Shown: positions 9,182 through 19,613, counted from the first letter of the whole stretch. The stretch is 62,506 nt of DNA, filler included, from an uncultured Chlamydiae bacterium (GCA_937899275.1; 2 parts of 2 records of this genome joined end to end with filler, not necessarily neighbours in it), one strand, 5' to 3'. Made by a program: numbers and translations. Notes: generated from the letters alone by a model not told the origin.

Positions 9182-10363
9182 TTGTCTATTACATCATCAA
9201 ATCTTCCATCTAAAGCGGAGGTAGAAAGTTTTGCCAGAGGGTTTTCGTGCCATTTGGGTAAACCTCTTGGGAAAGGCTCTTTCGGAAAAGTATATCAAAT
9301 CCACCCTAGGATACAGGGCCCGTCAGGCTCTTTTGCATTGAAAGTAGGAGATATAGACTCTTTAACAATAGAACGGGATATATTTCGTCATATACAACAA
9401 AATGGAAATTACTGTAAGTATCTTGTACAAGGCTTGGGCTATTTGGAAACCCCATCTTTTGGGGCGCTTAAACTAAGTACGTTATCTAACGCTCAGAATT
9501 TAGAGCGCTATTACCTTGCGTCTAATAGAACTATTACAGTATCCGATTATAAGCGGATTTCTAAAGCAGCGCTAAAGGCTCTTCAATACTTGCATCGAAG
9601 GGGCATTGCTCATAAAGACTTAAAACCGAATAATATTATTGTTTCGCCCGGTAGGTCTGGTGTTAGAAAAGCGCTTCTTATTGACTTAGGTCACGCTCAA
9701 AACCAATTTGCACATGAGAGCCGCCCAAATCCATCGAATCCTTTATACAGTTCGCCTCAGGCAATCGTGGATTTAGCGCAATCGGATCCTTTTAAAGCTG
9801 ATATATATGCTTTGGGGGCCGTTCTTTGGGAAATCATCGCAAAAGAGCCTCTTTTTGTTTTTCCGGAAGAGGAGAGCTGTCCACAAAATCCTTCGGAAGA
9901 CTATCTGTTATCCAATGAGGGAAAAGAATTGGCGTTATCTTGCCTTGGCGGGCGCCGCTCTTTAAAAAGCCAGGAACAATTAGACATGCTTGGAAAAAAC
10001 TATGGTTTAGACGATCTAGTTTTTGAAGAAGCAGAATCTTGGGACCAACATCCCTATTATAAAGAATTTGCGATTGAGACCAAAGATGCCGTTACCCCTT
10101 TTTTGCAGCGCCTTATTGCGATTGAAGAAAAAGAGAGGCAATCTGCTGCTGAAGCCCTGGAGATTTTTCCTGCACTAGAGAAAACGACAGATAGGTTAGA
10201 GCGGACGAAAAGGCAGGTGTTCACTCAACTGCAAGTACAAGAAACAGCAAGGGGTGGGTTTTTATCTCAGATTCTTCCGTCATGTGAACTGAAAGATATC
10301 GTATTTGCAGCGGTATGCTGCCTTCTTCTTTCACTTTGTACGCAGGCGCTTCAAGAGGCGTAG
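9182..10363 (+). CDS. Hanks-type Ser/Thr protein kinase with a hydrophobic C-terminal tail
   Basis: LGKGSFGKVY, ALK, HKDLKPNN, IDLG, DIYALG; C-terminus IVFAAVCCLLLSLCT. Confidence 0.9.
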   Translation: MSITSSNLPSKAEVESFARGFSCHLGKPLGKGSFGKVYQIHPRIQGPSGSFALKVGDIDSLTIERDIFRHIQQNGNYCKYLVQGLGYLETPSFGALKLSTLSNAQNLERYYLASNRTITVSDYKRISKAALKALQYLHRRGIAHKDLKPNNIIVSPGRSGVRKALLIDLGHAQNQFAHESRPNPSNPLYSSPQAIVDLAQSDPFKADIYALGAVLWEIIAKEPLFVFPEEESCPQNPSEDYLLSNEGKELALSCLGGRRSLKSQEQLDMLGKNYGLDDLVFEEAESWDQHPYYKEFAIETKDAVTPFLQRLIAIEEKERQSAAEALEIFPALEKTTDRLERTKRQVFTQLQVQETARGGFLSQILPSCELKDIVFAAVCCLLLSLCTQALQEA

Positions 10364-10401
10364 GCCTTGAGGAAAAACCGCTCTCTTCATACCATGCAGA
10401 T

Positions 10402-11163
10402 ATGGATGGAGACCCTTTTTTCTCGCTGATTTTATTGATTTTAGAAGATACGCGGTTTATTTCCCTTTCGCTTGATAGCATTGCATCGCAAGATTTTACC
10501 TCTTTTGAAGTATTGGTGTTTGTAAAGCAGCTGGGAGAAAAAGATCGCGAGCTGCTTTCTTCTTACGCCCATTTGCCGATGAAGGTGCATGATGTGGTAG
10601 AAGCAAACTTGGGAAAAACTGCCAATCTAGAAGTAGAAATGTCTCGAGGGGACTACCTGCATTTCTTTCTTCCCGGTGAAAAATATCTGTGGGATGGAGC
10701 TCTTCAAGAGCTGCATGCGATTTTGTTGAAGGATAGACCTGATTTATTTTGTTCTTCTACTTTAGCCCGAGTAGGTCCTTTTCCCGAAGTGATCCAGTCG
10801 AGAGTGTATTTCTGGGATCTGAAAATTGGAGAAACGGGAGCCTATCTAAATGCAGTATTATTTTCCCGTAGTTTATTTTCTCGTTACTTTTTATTTGATG
10901 CATCTAGGAAATACCATCCTGGATTTGATTTTTTGGTGAAAATTGCCAAGGTAAAGAATCTGCAGGTACATCTTGCTAGAAAAGTTTATATCGATAAAGA
11001 AATCGAACAGGCAAGGCGCAATGAAAGCCTTGGGGAATATATAGAAAGATTTTGGATCATCCTTCGGCATTTTGGTATAAGAAAAGCTCTCTTGTTTTTT
11101 TTCCGCGCTCTTATTTTTAAAGGCAAAAAAGCGCTGATGAAAGCAAAAGCGCTATTTCGGTAA
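10402..11163 (+). CDS. Glycosyltransferase family 2-like protein (divergent)
   Basis: PFFSLI...LDSIASQDFTSFEVLV...SRGDYLHF GT-A N-terminal pattern; start uncertain. Confidence 0.75.
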   Translation: MDGDPFFSLILLILEDTRFISLSLDSIASQDFTSFEVLVFVKQLGEKDRELLSSYAHLPMKVHDVVEANLGKTANLEVEMSRGDYLHFFLPGEKYLWDGALQELHAILLKDRPDLFCSSTLARVGPFPEVIQSRVYFWDLKIGETGAYLNAVLFSRSLFSRYFLFDASRKYHPGFDFLVKIAKVKNLQVHLARKVYIDKEIEQARRNESLGEYIERFWIILRHFGIRKALLFFFRALIFKGKKALMKAKALFR

Positions 11164-11212
11164 CCTACAGCCAGACGAAAGGCCGGTTTAGCATTAGGTT
11201 AAAACTATAACA

Positions 11213-11761
11213 CTAATAGGGGTATTTGCTTTTTTGATTTACCGAATAAAGCGCCCAATGATCAAAAGAAAATTTTCCAGGGCCAAAGAAAAGAACGAGA
11301 AGAGAGGTGATCAGAAAAGGAAATGGTTTTTGCATGGTAATGATTGTGGGCTGTCTGAAGATTTCAAAAGAAAAAATATGGATATGCGCTGTTGAATAGG
11401 CGGTAAACATAATGATGGCTAGCAGTAATCCAGCAGGCCTGCTTAATAGGCCGATGAGAAGTAAAAGGCCGCAAACAATTTCTGCTATGCTCACAAAATA
11501 GGCGTGGAATTGAGGCGCCCATATGTTCAGTTCACCAAGAAACTTAGCAAAGCCGTCCAAATCTTGGAGCTTGTCTAAACCGCTAATAAAAAATTGATAT
11601 CCCCAAATAATCCGAAGAATCAATAGGAAGATACTTTGAAATCCTGAACAAAATCGGGCAAGCCACTGGTAGAGTCTGATTGGTAAATGAGAATTTTCAA
11701 ACATAGCATCATCCAATTGTACTTTTTCACTTTTTGTAACAGCTGCTGTTTTTTTTGACAA
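11213..11761 (-). CDS. DoxX family membrane protein
   Basis: LRIIWGYQFFISGLDK, EIVCGLLLLIGLLSR, GPGKFSFD. Confidence 0.9.
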   Translation of the reverse strand: MSKKTAAVTKSEKVQLDDAMFENSHLPIRLYQWLARFCSGFQSIFLLILRIIWGYQFFISGLDKLQDLDGFAKFLGELNIWAPQFHAYFVSIAEIVCGLLLLIGLLSRPAGLLLAIIMFTAYSTAHIHIFSFEIFRQPTIITMQKPFPFLITSLLVLFFGPGKFSFDHWALYSVNQKSKYPY

Positions 11762-11809
11762 AAAGAATTCTAAAAGTGGTATCTTGATTGGGAAAATCCG
11801 TTATATGTT

Positions 11810-12850
11810 ATGAAATTTTGTTCTCTTACACAAAAAGATTTACACGCTTGGGCTCTTTCTCAAGGTTTGAAGCCTTATTTGAGTAAACAGGTTTTTTCTT
11901 GGGTATATGACAAGCATCTATTTGATATGAGCAAGATGAGCAATATCAAAAAAGAAGAACGGTCTTTGCTACAGCAAACCTTTTCTCTTCCTTCTTTGCA
12001 GCTTGTAAAAGAGATCCGATCGGAAGAGACCATCAAATTTTTATGGCAGCTCGAAGATGGCCATAAAGTGGAATCAGTCTTAATTTTTTCTGGAGAAAGA
12101 AGAACGCTATGCATCTCTTCTCAAGTGGGGTGTAGAGCAAGATGCGCTTTTTGCGCTTCGGGAAAAAAAGGGTTTTTTCGCCATTTAACCTCCTATGAAA
12201 TTGTAGAACAGGCGCTTTTAGTCAATCAATTGCTGCAAAAAACCCAAAGCCGCATTTCTCATATTGTATTTATGGGTATGGGGGAGCCTTTAGAAAATAT
12301 CGACGCTGTTTTATTTGCAATCAAGCAATTTTGCTGCCCTACGGCGTTTGGTATTTCCCCCAGAAGAATCACAGTATCTACTGTAGGTATCGTAGAAAAC
12401 ATGCGCCGTCTAGCTGAAGAAAATGGTAAAGTGCACTTAGTGCTTTCTTTGCACGCTCCCAATCAGCATGTACGAAAAAAAATCATCCCGTATGCAAGAA
12501 AATACCCACTTGAAGATGTTTTAGAAGCAGCAGATTTATATGCAGCAGCTACGAAAAGAGATATTACCTATGAGTACATTTTAATCGATGGGCTTAACGC
12601 AGAAGAAGAGCACGCCAAAGAACTTTGCCAGCTATTGCAAAAAAAACAGTGTACAGTCAATCTAATTCCTTATAACCCTGTAGATGGCGTCCGTTTCAAG
12701 CGCCCTAGTGCAAAAAAGATCGATGCATTTATGCGTATTTTACAGCGTGCAGGTGTGCCTGTAACAAGAAGATATACGAAAGGCGCAGAAATTGCAGCTG
12801 CATGCGGACAGCTTGCGTATCACGAAGATGCGCCTTTAAACTTGAGGTAA
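11810..12850 (+). CDS. rlmN: 23S rRNA/tRNA m2A methyltransferase RlmN
   Basis: CISSQVGCRARCAFCAS, MGMGEP, SLHAPN, AACGQL. Confidence 0.96.
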   Translation: MKFCSLTQKDLHAWALSQGLKPYLSKQVFSWVYDKHLFDMSKMSNIKKEERSLLQQTFSLPSLQLVKEIRSEETIKFLWQLEDGHKVESVLIFSGERRTLCISSQVGCRARCAFCASGKKGFFRHLTSYEIVEQALLVNQLLQKTQSRISHIVFMGMGEPLENIDAVLFAIKQFCCPTAFGISPRRITVSTVGIVENMRRLAEENGKVHLVLSLHAPNQHVRKKIIPYARKYPLEDVLEAADLYAAATKRDITYEYILIDGLNAEEEHAKELCQLLQKKQCTVNLIPYNPVDGVRFKRPSAKKIDAFMRILQRAGVPVTRRYTKGAEIAAACGQLAYHEDAPLNLR

Positions 12851-12852
12851 TC

Positions 12853-13446
12853 ATGAGTCTAGCTCATTACTTTACTTTATGCAGAATTATTCTGATTCCA
12901 TTTTTTCCTATACTCTACTTTGAACATGCGTATTTTGGTATTTCTTCTACACTTTTGCCCTATGTATTGATCTGCATTTTAGCGGTATGTGAGTTTACCG
13001 ATCTTTTTGATGGGTTCATTGCAAGAAAAAAAAATCAGGTGACCGACCTTGGTAAAGTACTCGATCCCATGGCCGATAGCATCATGCGCATCACCGTGTT
13101 TTTTACCTTTACAAAAGGGATCATCGATCTTCCGATCCTTTTAGTATTTGTGTTGATTTACCGTGAATTTTTTATTAGCACGCTGCGAACTCTTTGCGCG
13201 ATGAAAGGTCTTGTATTAGCAGCGAGAACAAGTGGTAAAATCAAAGCTATTTTGCAGGCGGTAGCAGCGTTTTCTGTGCTATTTTTGATGATTCCCTACC
13301 ATCAGTCTTGGATCACATTAGATCAGCTGCAAACGGCGAGTTTTTATATTATCTTTGTAACCGCTCTTTATACGGTCCTTTCTGCAAGTGAATACATCTA
13401 CGCCAATAGGACATTGATCAAAAAAGCGATTTCTTTGGATACTTAA
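12853..13446 (+). CDS. pgsA: CDP-diacylglycerol--glycerol-3-phosphate 3-phosphatidyltransferase
   Basis: TDLFDGFIARKKNQVTDLGKVLDPMAD CDP-alcohol phosphotransferase motif; ATG at 12853. Confidence 0.92.
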   Translation: MSLAHYFTLCRIILIPFFPILYFEHAYFGISSTLLPYVLICILAVCEFTDLFDGFIARKKNQVTDLGKVLDPMADSIMRITVFFTFTKGIIDLPILLVFVLIYREFFISTLRTLCAMKGLVLAARTSGKIKAILQAVAAFSVLFLMIPYHQSWITLDQLQTASFYIIFVTALYTVLSASEYIYANRTLIKKAISLDT

Positions 13447-14900
13447 AAAAGGCTTTGATAGAGCTCTTCGTAATGGGCTTTAGGCTCTTTCCAGCTGTAG
13501 TCTTTTTCCACAGCATTTTCAATCAGCGTTTTGCACCCATCTTTTTTCTTTCTATCGATGGCTGCTTGCATCGCTTGTTTCATTTGGGAAAATTGCGGCT
13601 TGGCAAAAGAAAAGCCGTTGGCTTTTTTTAGATCTTTTTCTTTTCTTGCATCAAATACCGTATCTCGAAGGCCTCCTACTTCATGCACAATCGGCAAGCA
13701 TCCATAGATCAAAGCGATCAGCTGGGTGAGGCCGCACGGCTCAAAATTTGAAGGCATCAAGAAGAAATCGCCTGCAGCGTATAGCATATGGCTTAGCGCC
13801 TCATCGTATAAGGGAATGAAACGGATGCTGGGGTCTTTTGCGTATTTTTTGCTAAGTTTTTCAAAGTGTTTTTGCACGCGCATTTTAGGAGCTGTTCCCA
13901 ACAGAATCCCTTGAGCGCCGAGTTTTTTTGCCTGCCAGATTCCTTTTTCTAAAAGTTGGGGGTTTTTCTGCTCTACAAGCCGCGCTACCGCTATAAATAA
14001 AGGTACATCTTCTACTTGTAGGCCTAAGCGTTTTTGCAGCTCTTCTTTATTTTTCTTTTTCGCTGAGACGATTTCTGCAAAAGAATCTTTTTTAGAAAAG
14101 TGATGGGAAATATAGGGATCTGTAGCGGGGTTCCAGATGGAGAGATCGATGCCATTTGTGATCCCAAAAATAGATTCTTTGCGTTTTTGTAGTAGGGGCA
14201 AAAAACCAGAAGCGTATTTTTTTGTTAGGATTTCTTCTGCATACCCTTTTGAAACGGCAACAACTGCATCGCTAAGGGCAAGAGCGCCTCGAAGCAATGT
14301 GCAGTACTCGGAGAAAAAACGTTTTTCTTTGAAATACGATAGATGTTGCATGGGGTAGTGGACTTCATCGAAATCCAATGAGGTGCAAGGTCCTGTATAC
14401 GCTAAATTATGAATACTAATCACAACAGATTTTACAAGGACTTTTAGCGATAGGTACACTTCTTTGACCAAAGGAGCCATCAAAGAAGTGTGCCAATCGT
14501 GCAGATGTAATACGTCGATTTCCTGATTTTTTCGGATTAGATATTCTGCTACTACCTTGCAGAAATAGATGAATCTTTTGGTGTCGCGGCGGTCACCTAA
14601 ATAAACAGAGCCTTCATAAAAATAATCTAAAAGTGGGCTTGTTTCGATGAAATAGACGGAGATCTTTTCTAGTTTTGTCTCAAAGACTCGGACGTCGTAT
14701 GCGATGCGCTGTTTTTCTGCAGAAAACTGCATCGCTAAATGCAGCGATAGCTCTTCTGTGGGGATCAAAGAGTATTTTGGCATGATCACAGATACGCTAT
14801 GATCTTTTGCCGATTCTTTAGCGAGGCCTAAAACAGCATCGCCTAATCCACCTACTTTGGCAAATGGGGCCATTTCTGCAGCCACATGCACGATATGCAT
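13443..14900 (-). CDS. glgA: Glycogen synthase
   Basis: EMAPFAKVGGLGD, HLHDWHT, IHNLAY, NGID..WNP, PSNFEPCGLTQ. Confidence 0.95.
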   Translation of the reverse strand: MHIVHVAAEMAPFAKVGGLGDAVLGLAKESAKDHSVSVIMPKYSLIPTEELSLHLAMQFSAEKQRIAYDVRVFETKLEKISVYFIETSPLLDYFYEGSVYLGDRRDTKRFIYFCKVVAEYLIRKNQEIDVLHLHDWHTSLMAPLVKEVYLSLKVLVKSVVISIHNLAYTGPCTSLDFDEVHYPMQHLSYFKEKRFFSEYCTLLRGALALSDAVVAVSKGYAEEILTKKYASGFLPLLQKRKESIFGITNGIDLSIWNPATDPYISHHFSKKDSFAEIVSAKKKNKEELQKRLGLQVEDVPLFIAVARLVEQKNPQLLEKGIWQAKKLGAQGILLGTAPKMRVQKHFEKLSKKYAKDPSIRFIPLYDEALSHMLYAAGDFFLMPSNFEPCGLTQLIALIYGCLPIVHEVGGLRDTVFDARKEKDLKKANGFSFAKPQFSQMKQAMQAAIDRKKKDGCKTLIENAVEKDYSWKEPKAHYEELYQSLF

Positions 14901-15083
14901 ACACAATCCTTTTTTTAATTTTTTCCTATAAAAGCTTATCTGAAGTCAAGAAAATATTTTTTCGATCGAAATGGCAGGAATTGTTGGGGAATATTGCAAT
15001 TAATTCGAAGATTTTCGTATGATTAGTGCTTAATTTGGTGCGCTAGTTTGTACTATTTTTATAGTGTATAAAAAGCCTTTTAT

Positions 15084-15155
<72 letters not shown>

Positions 15156-15407
15156 TTTTATGAAAAATCTGCATCTTTCTTTGTTTCGGTTATTGTTACC
15201 ATGCGCAAAAAAGTTGACCAGATGTAAACAAAATACTTTCATCTTTTCTGGGATATGCAGGCAAAATGCACATCTTTAGGTCAAGATGATACATCATTAG
15301 CAAATCAGTGGCGATCAAGCTGCATCATCTCAAGTAGATCACCGCTAAAACGATTGCAAGAAAGGGACATTCCTTTTTAGGCAGTTTACAAGAACATAGA
15401 GGATACA

Positions 15408-15965
15408 ATGGAATTATCTGTATTTAAACGAGAAACAAAAGGAAGAAGCGCTCTTACTCAACTGCGTGCAAGAGGGTATATTCCAGCTGTAATATACAAC
15501 AAGAATCAAGACTCGTATCCCGTTTATTTAGAATTGGCCGCCTTTGAGAAGGTCTTACGCAGCGTGGCAAAAAACCATTTGTCTAGTACAGTATTTTCTC
15601 TTTCCATCGATGGTAAAGTCGAAAAAGCGGTGATTAAAGAAGTGCAGTACAATAAAACGACATATACTCCGATTCATATCGATTTTTTGACCGGATCTGA
15701 TGAAGATTTTGTGAACGTGAAAATCCCGATTGAATGTAAAAATCAAGCAGATTCTATATGGAGCAAACTAGGAGGCGTTCTTCGCATGCCTATACGTTCC
15801 TATAAAGTGCGCTGCAAGATGGGATCGGTTCCTGCATCTTTTAGTGTAGATGTGGAAAAAATGGAGATTGGAGATACCAAGCGTCTAGAAGACATTACTC
15901 TTCCAGAAGGCGTATCTCCTTTAGTCAATGTTAAAGAAGTGGCTGTAGCGATTGCTAAGCGATAA
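15408..15965 (+). CDS. rplY: 50S ribosomal protein L25 (Ctc form)
   Basis: LRARGYIPAVIY and PIHIDF plus the C-terminal Ctc domain; SD-like AGGAGGA upstream. Confidence 0.93.
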   Translation: MELSVFKRETKGRSALTQLRARGYIPAVIYNKNQDSYPVYLELAAFEKVLRSVAKNHLSSTVFSLSIDGKVEKAVIKEVQYNKTTYTPIHIDFLTGSDEDFVNVKIPIECKNQADSIWSKLGGVLRMPIRSYKVRCKMGSVPASFSVDVEKMEIGDTKRLEDITLPEGVSPLVNVKEVAVAIAKR

Positions 15966-16542
15966 GAAGCCTGCCTATTTGATCGCAGGATTAGGCAATC
16001 CTGGATCTTCCTATACGTATACTAGGCATAATATAGGCTATTTAGCCCTGCAATTTTTAGCTAAAAAATGGGCCCTTTCTTTTACAAAAAAAAGAACGGC
16101 TCAAGTAGCTCTGAAAGAGGAAACACTTTTGCTGAAACCAGCAAAGTACATGAACCTTTCAGGAAATGTGATCGCTGATTACATGCGCCGCTACCAAATT
16201 TTACCAGAGCAGCTCTTAGTAGTTGTGGATGATGTGTATTTACCCTTTGGGGCTCTTAGACTGCGGTCTAAAGGATCTTCTGGAGGGCATAATGGACTAA
16301 AAAACATACAAGAGCGCTTGGAAACAAACCACTAATCTCGGTTGAGAATCGGTGTCGGATCTCCCAAGGATTCCGATATGGCAACATATGTCTTAGAGAC
16401 ATTTTCGGCAGGCGAAAGAAAAAAGCTGCCAGAAATCACTGCAAAAGCAGCAGATGCCATAGAACTTTGGCTTACACAAAGCATTGACTATGCAATGGGT
16501 AAGATCAACGTTCATCCCCAAAACGAAGGAGAAAATGGATGA
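15952..16542 (+). pseudogene. pth: Peptidyl-tRNA hydrolase interrupted by an in-frame TAA at 16333-16335 (real or sequencing error)
   Basis: AGLGNPG..YTRHNIG, GSSGGHNGLK, then ETNH*SRLRIGVG in the same frame. Confidence 0.85.
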
Positions 16543-16880
16543 CAAACCAAGAAAACCACTTGTACGAAGGCATGTACATCATTAGCGCTACTCTTTCTGA
16601 AGAATCGCGCAAAAAAGCCTTTGATAAAATTTTGCAAGGCATCACCGAAAAATCGGGTGAAGTGCATAAAGTCCACGAAATGGGCCGAAAAAAACTTGCC
16701 TATTCCATCAACGGAAAAAGGGAAGGCTACTACTACCTTGTTTATTTTTCCTCGCCAGCAGCTGCGATGAAAAATCTATGGGAAGAATACCAACTTCACG
16801 AAGACTTAATCCGCTTTATGACTCTTAAAACGGAAAAAGTCCTAGAAAAACTCGAATTCAAACCCCTAAAACAAGCGTAA
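16539..16880 (+). CDS. rpsF: 30S ribosomal protein S6
   Basis: [20 protein letters not shown]; lies in the rpsF-rpsR-rplI cluster. Confidence 0.95.
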   Translation: MTNQENHLYEGMYIISATLSEESRKKAFDKILQGITEKSGEVHKVHEMGRKKLAYSINGKREGYYYLVYFSSPAAAMKNLWEEYQLHEDLIRFMTLKTEKVLEKLEFKPLKQA

Positions 16881-16890
16881 GGAAGTACCT

Positions 16891-17133
16891 ATGAAAAGAA
16901 GTAAACATGGTTCTGGATTTGCAAAAAGGAAAAAAAAGTGCCCTTTTACCTTATCTGGATGTGATCATATCGATTACAAAGACACAGAAAACTTAAAATT
17001 ATTCGTTACCGAGCGGGGGAAGATACTGCCAAGACGAATTACTGGCGTTTCTCATTATTACCAAAGAAAACTGAAAAATGCGATCAAAAGAGCGCGCCAT
17101 ATGGCTCTTTTACCATTTGTATCGGAGGATTAG
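16891..17133 (+). CDS. rpsR: 30S ribosomal protein S18
   Basis: [30 protein letters not shown]. Confidence 0.97.
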   Translation: MKRSKHGSGFAKRKKKCPFTLSGCDHIDYKDTENLKLFVTERGKILPRRITGVSHYYQRKLKNAIKRARHMALLPFVSED

Positions 17134-17136
17134 ACA

Positions 17137-17721
17137 ATGAAAAAAGAAAAGCTTTTACTAATGGAAGATGTCTATGGCCTCGGTAAAAAAGGGCAGATCG
17201 TTCAAGCGAAGCCTGGATATTTTAGAAATTTTCTTTGGCCAAAGAAAAAAGCGATCATCGCTGATGCAAACACCCTAAGGATGCAGGAAAAACTGCAGAA
17301 AGAACGGGAAGAAAAAGCCAAAGAAGATCGCAAGCTTTCTCAAGGGATTGCGGAGAAATTAACGCAAATTGATTTTGCTATCTCTGTTAAAACAGATCCT
17401 GAAGGTAAAATGTATGGATCGGTTAGCGCTACAGATATCGTAGCACTTCTATCAGAAAAAGATATGCCCGTTGAAAGGCACTGCGTTAAACTAGGAAAAC
17501 CGATCAAACAAGTAGGTAGCTACCGGATTACTCTTCTTTTGAAAGAAGAAGTGACAGCGATTGTAAAGCTGACCATTTCCCCAGAAGATGCAGCGATTAA
17601 AGAAGCGCTAGAAAAACGCGCTCTTGAAAGAGAAGAACAGCAAAAAGCAGCAGAAAAAGCTTCAGAAGAGGTGGAAACTACCTCTGCAGAAGAAACCTCA
17701 GAAGATAGTGAAGAAAGCTAG
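17137..17721 (+). CDS. rplI: 50S ribosomal protein L9 with an acidic C-terminal extension
   Basis: LGKKGQIVQAKPGYFRNFL, KMYGSV. Confidence 0.96.
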   Translation: MKKEKLLLMEDVYGLGKKGQIVQAKPGYFRNFLWPKKKAIIADANTLRMQEKLQKEREEKAKEDRKLSQGIAEKLTQIDFAISVKTDPEGKMYGSVSATDIVALLSEKDMPVERHCVKLGKPIKQVGSYRITLLLKEEVTAIVKLTISPEDAAIKEALEKRALEREEQQKAAEKASEEVETTSAEETSEDSEES

Positions 17722-18556
17722 TCTTCGGTTTTTTTCTCCAGCTAAGCTGAATCTATTTTTTCAAGTGCTTCATAAGCGAAAAGATGGATACCATGAAATC
17801 GCCTCGATATACCAAGCGGTAGATCTAGGCGATTTTTTAGTCTTTACAGCTAGTAGTTCGCTGCAAATCACCACCACTAGTCCCACTATTCCCACTGGAG
17901 AAAACAATTTAGCCTATCGGGCGGTAGAGCTATTTCGAAAACACCATCCTGCCACCCCATATTTTCATATTCATATCGAAAAAAATATTCCGCAAGAGGC
18001 AGGTCTTGGCGGGGCAAGTAGTAATGCGGCAACGACTCTTTGGGCATTAAATAGGTGGATGGACCGCCCATTTTCTACAGAAGAGCTGCAAAAAATGGCG
18101 GTGCATTTAGGAGCAGATGTGCCGTTTTTTTTCTCTTCTGGCTTTGCCTACTGTACGGGTATTGGTGAAAAGGTGGTATCTCTTAAAGCCACATGCGGGT
18201 CGAAGCTGGATTTTGTTGCCGATCTATATAAACCGAAAAGCTCTTTAAGCACGCCCAAAGTATACGGCGAGATGCACCGATTTACCTGCTCTAAAACGCC
18301 TTTTTCTCCTCAAGACTTTTTAGCAAAGCCGGTCTATACAAACGATCTAGAAAAAGCAGCCTGTTTTTTAGCGCCCGATCTTATCGAGTATAAAAAACGC
18401 CTTTTTCTTAAAGGATACAAAACGGTATCAATGAGCGGATCGGGAACGTGTTATTTTTGCCTGGGAAAAGGGGATACTTCCACCTTTCCAAAACCGTTAC
18501 AAACGGTTTTTGGAATCACCCGAAAAAAAAATCAGTGGTATAGTCAAAATTCCTAA
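17708..18556 (+). CDS. ispE: 4-diphosphocytidyl-2-C-methyl-D-erythritol kinase
   Basis: SPAKLNLF, DGYHEI, KNIPQEAGLGGASSNAA, GADVPFF, MSGSG; GTG at 17708. Confidence 0.94.
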   Translation: MKKASLRFFSPAKLNLFFQVLHKRKDGYHEIASIYQAVDLGDFLVFTASSSLQITTTSPTIPTGENNLAYRAVELFRKHHPATPYFHIHIEKNIPQEAGLGGASSNAATTLWALNRWMDRPFSTEELQKMAVHLGADVPFFFSSGFAYCTGIGEKVVSLKATCGSKLDFVADLYKPKSSLSTPKVYGEMHRFTCSKTPFSPQDFLAKPVYTNDLEKAACFLAPDLIEYKKRLFLKGYKTVSMSGSGTCYFCLGKGDTSTFPKPLQTVFGITRKKNQWYSQNS

Positions 18557-18611
18557 TGTTTTTTGTCGATCATTGCGCTATGATCCATAACAATTGCATG
18601 CAAGGATACCT

Positions 18612-19613
18612 ATGGAAAAGCGCGTTATTTTCGAAGATCAATGGATTTTAGTTACAGGAGCTGCAGGCTTCATCGGATCAGGTGTTGTCCGCTACTTAAA
18701 TGATCTTGGCTACCACAACTTACTTCTTGTAGATGACTTTTATGCAACCGATAAATGGAAAAATTTAGTCGGGAAAAAGTTTGTTGATATTATTTCTAAA
18801 AAGGATCTTTTCCGTTTTTTAACGGGAAAAGAGCAAAAAATTGCGGCGATATTTCATCTAGGAGCATGTTCTAGTACAGTAGAGAGTAACGCTGACTACC
18901 TTTTGGAAAACAACTACCGTTTTTCTGTAAATCTAGCAAAATATGCATTGAGAAATGGACAGAGATTTATTTACGCATCTTCTGCTGCAACATATGGAAA
19001 CGGCTCGCGGGGGTTTGATGATCAAACCGAATTATCCAAGCTAAGGCCGTTAAATATGTATGGCTACTCCAAGCATTTATTCGATCTTTGGCTCGAAAGA
19101 GAAAAAGCATTGGATAAAGTAGTGGGCCTAAAATATTTTAACGTCTTTGGTCCTAACGAATACCATAAAAACCGGATGGCTTCTATGGTATGGAAAATGG
19201 CAAAAACCGCTCAGTCAGAAAAACCCATTTCGTTATTTCAATCCAATCACCCCGATTATGCAGATGGGGAGCAAAAACGGGATTTCATCTATGTAAAAGA
19301 TGCCGTTCGCTTTACCTGCCGGTTTATCGAGTCTTCTTTACAAAAAGTTGGTGGCATTTTCAATATTGGTACAGGCAGCGCTGTCACTTGGAATCGCCTT
19401 GCCCATGCGGTATTTAAAGCGGTGAAAAAACCCCCTTGTATTCAATACATTCCCATGCCAGTCGATTTAAAAGCGCAGTACCAAAATTATACAAAAGCGA
19501 GAATGGCAAAATATTTTGCTATAGATCAAGCAGCTTCTTCTTTTCTAACCCCAATAGAAGATGCGGTAGAAGATTATGTGCAAAACTACATTTTAAGAGA
19601 TGCGCAATGGTAA
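18612..19613 (+). CDS. hldD: ADP-L-glycero-D-manno-heptose 6-epimerase
   Basis: VTGAAGFIGS, FHLGACSST, YASSAATYG, PLNMYGYSK, YFNVFGPNEYHK. Confidence 0.93.
   Translation: MEKRVIFEDQWILVTGAAGFIGSGVVRYLNDLGYHNLLLVDDFYATDKWKNLVGKKFVDIISKKDLFRFLTGKEQKIAAIFHLGACSSTVESNADYLLENNYRFSVNLAKYALRNGQRFIYASSAATYGNGSRGFDDQTELSKLRPLNMYGYSKHLFDLWLEREKALDKVVGLKYFNVFGPNEYHKNRMASMVWKMAKTAQSEKPISLFQSNHPDYADGEQKRDFIYVKDAVRFTCRFIESSLQKVGGIFNIGTGSAVTWNRLAHAVFKAVKKPPCIQYIPMPVDLKAQYQNYTKARMAKYFAIDQAASSFLTPIEDAVEDYVQNYILRDAQW

Noticed and set aside
16333..16335. Genetic-code reassignment of TAA
   Set aside because: TAA terminates many clear genes in the window (e.g. rplY, rpsF, ispE); only one internal instance was seen.
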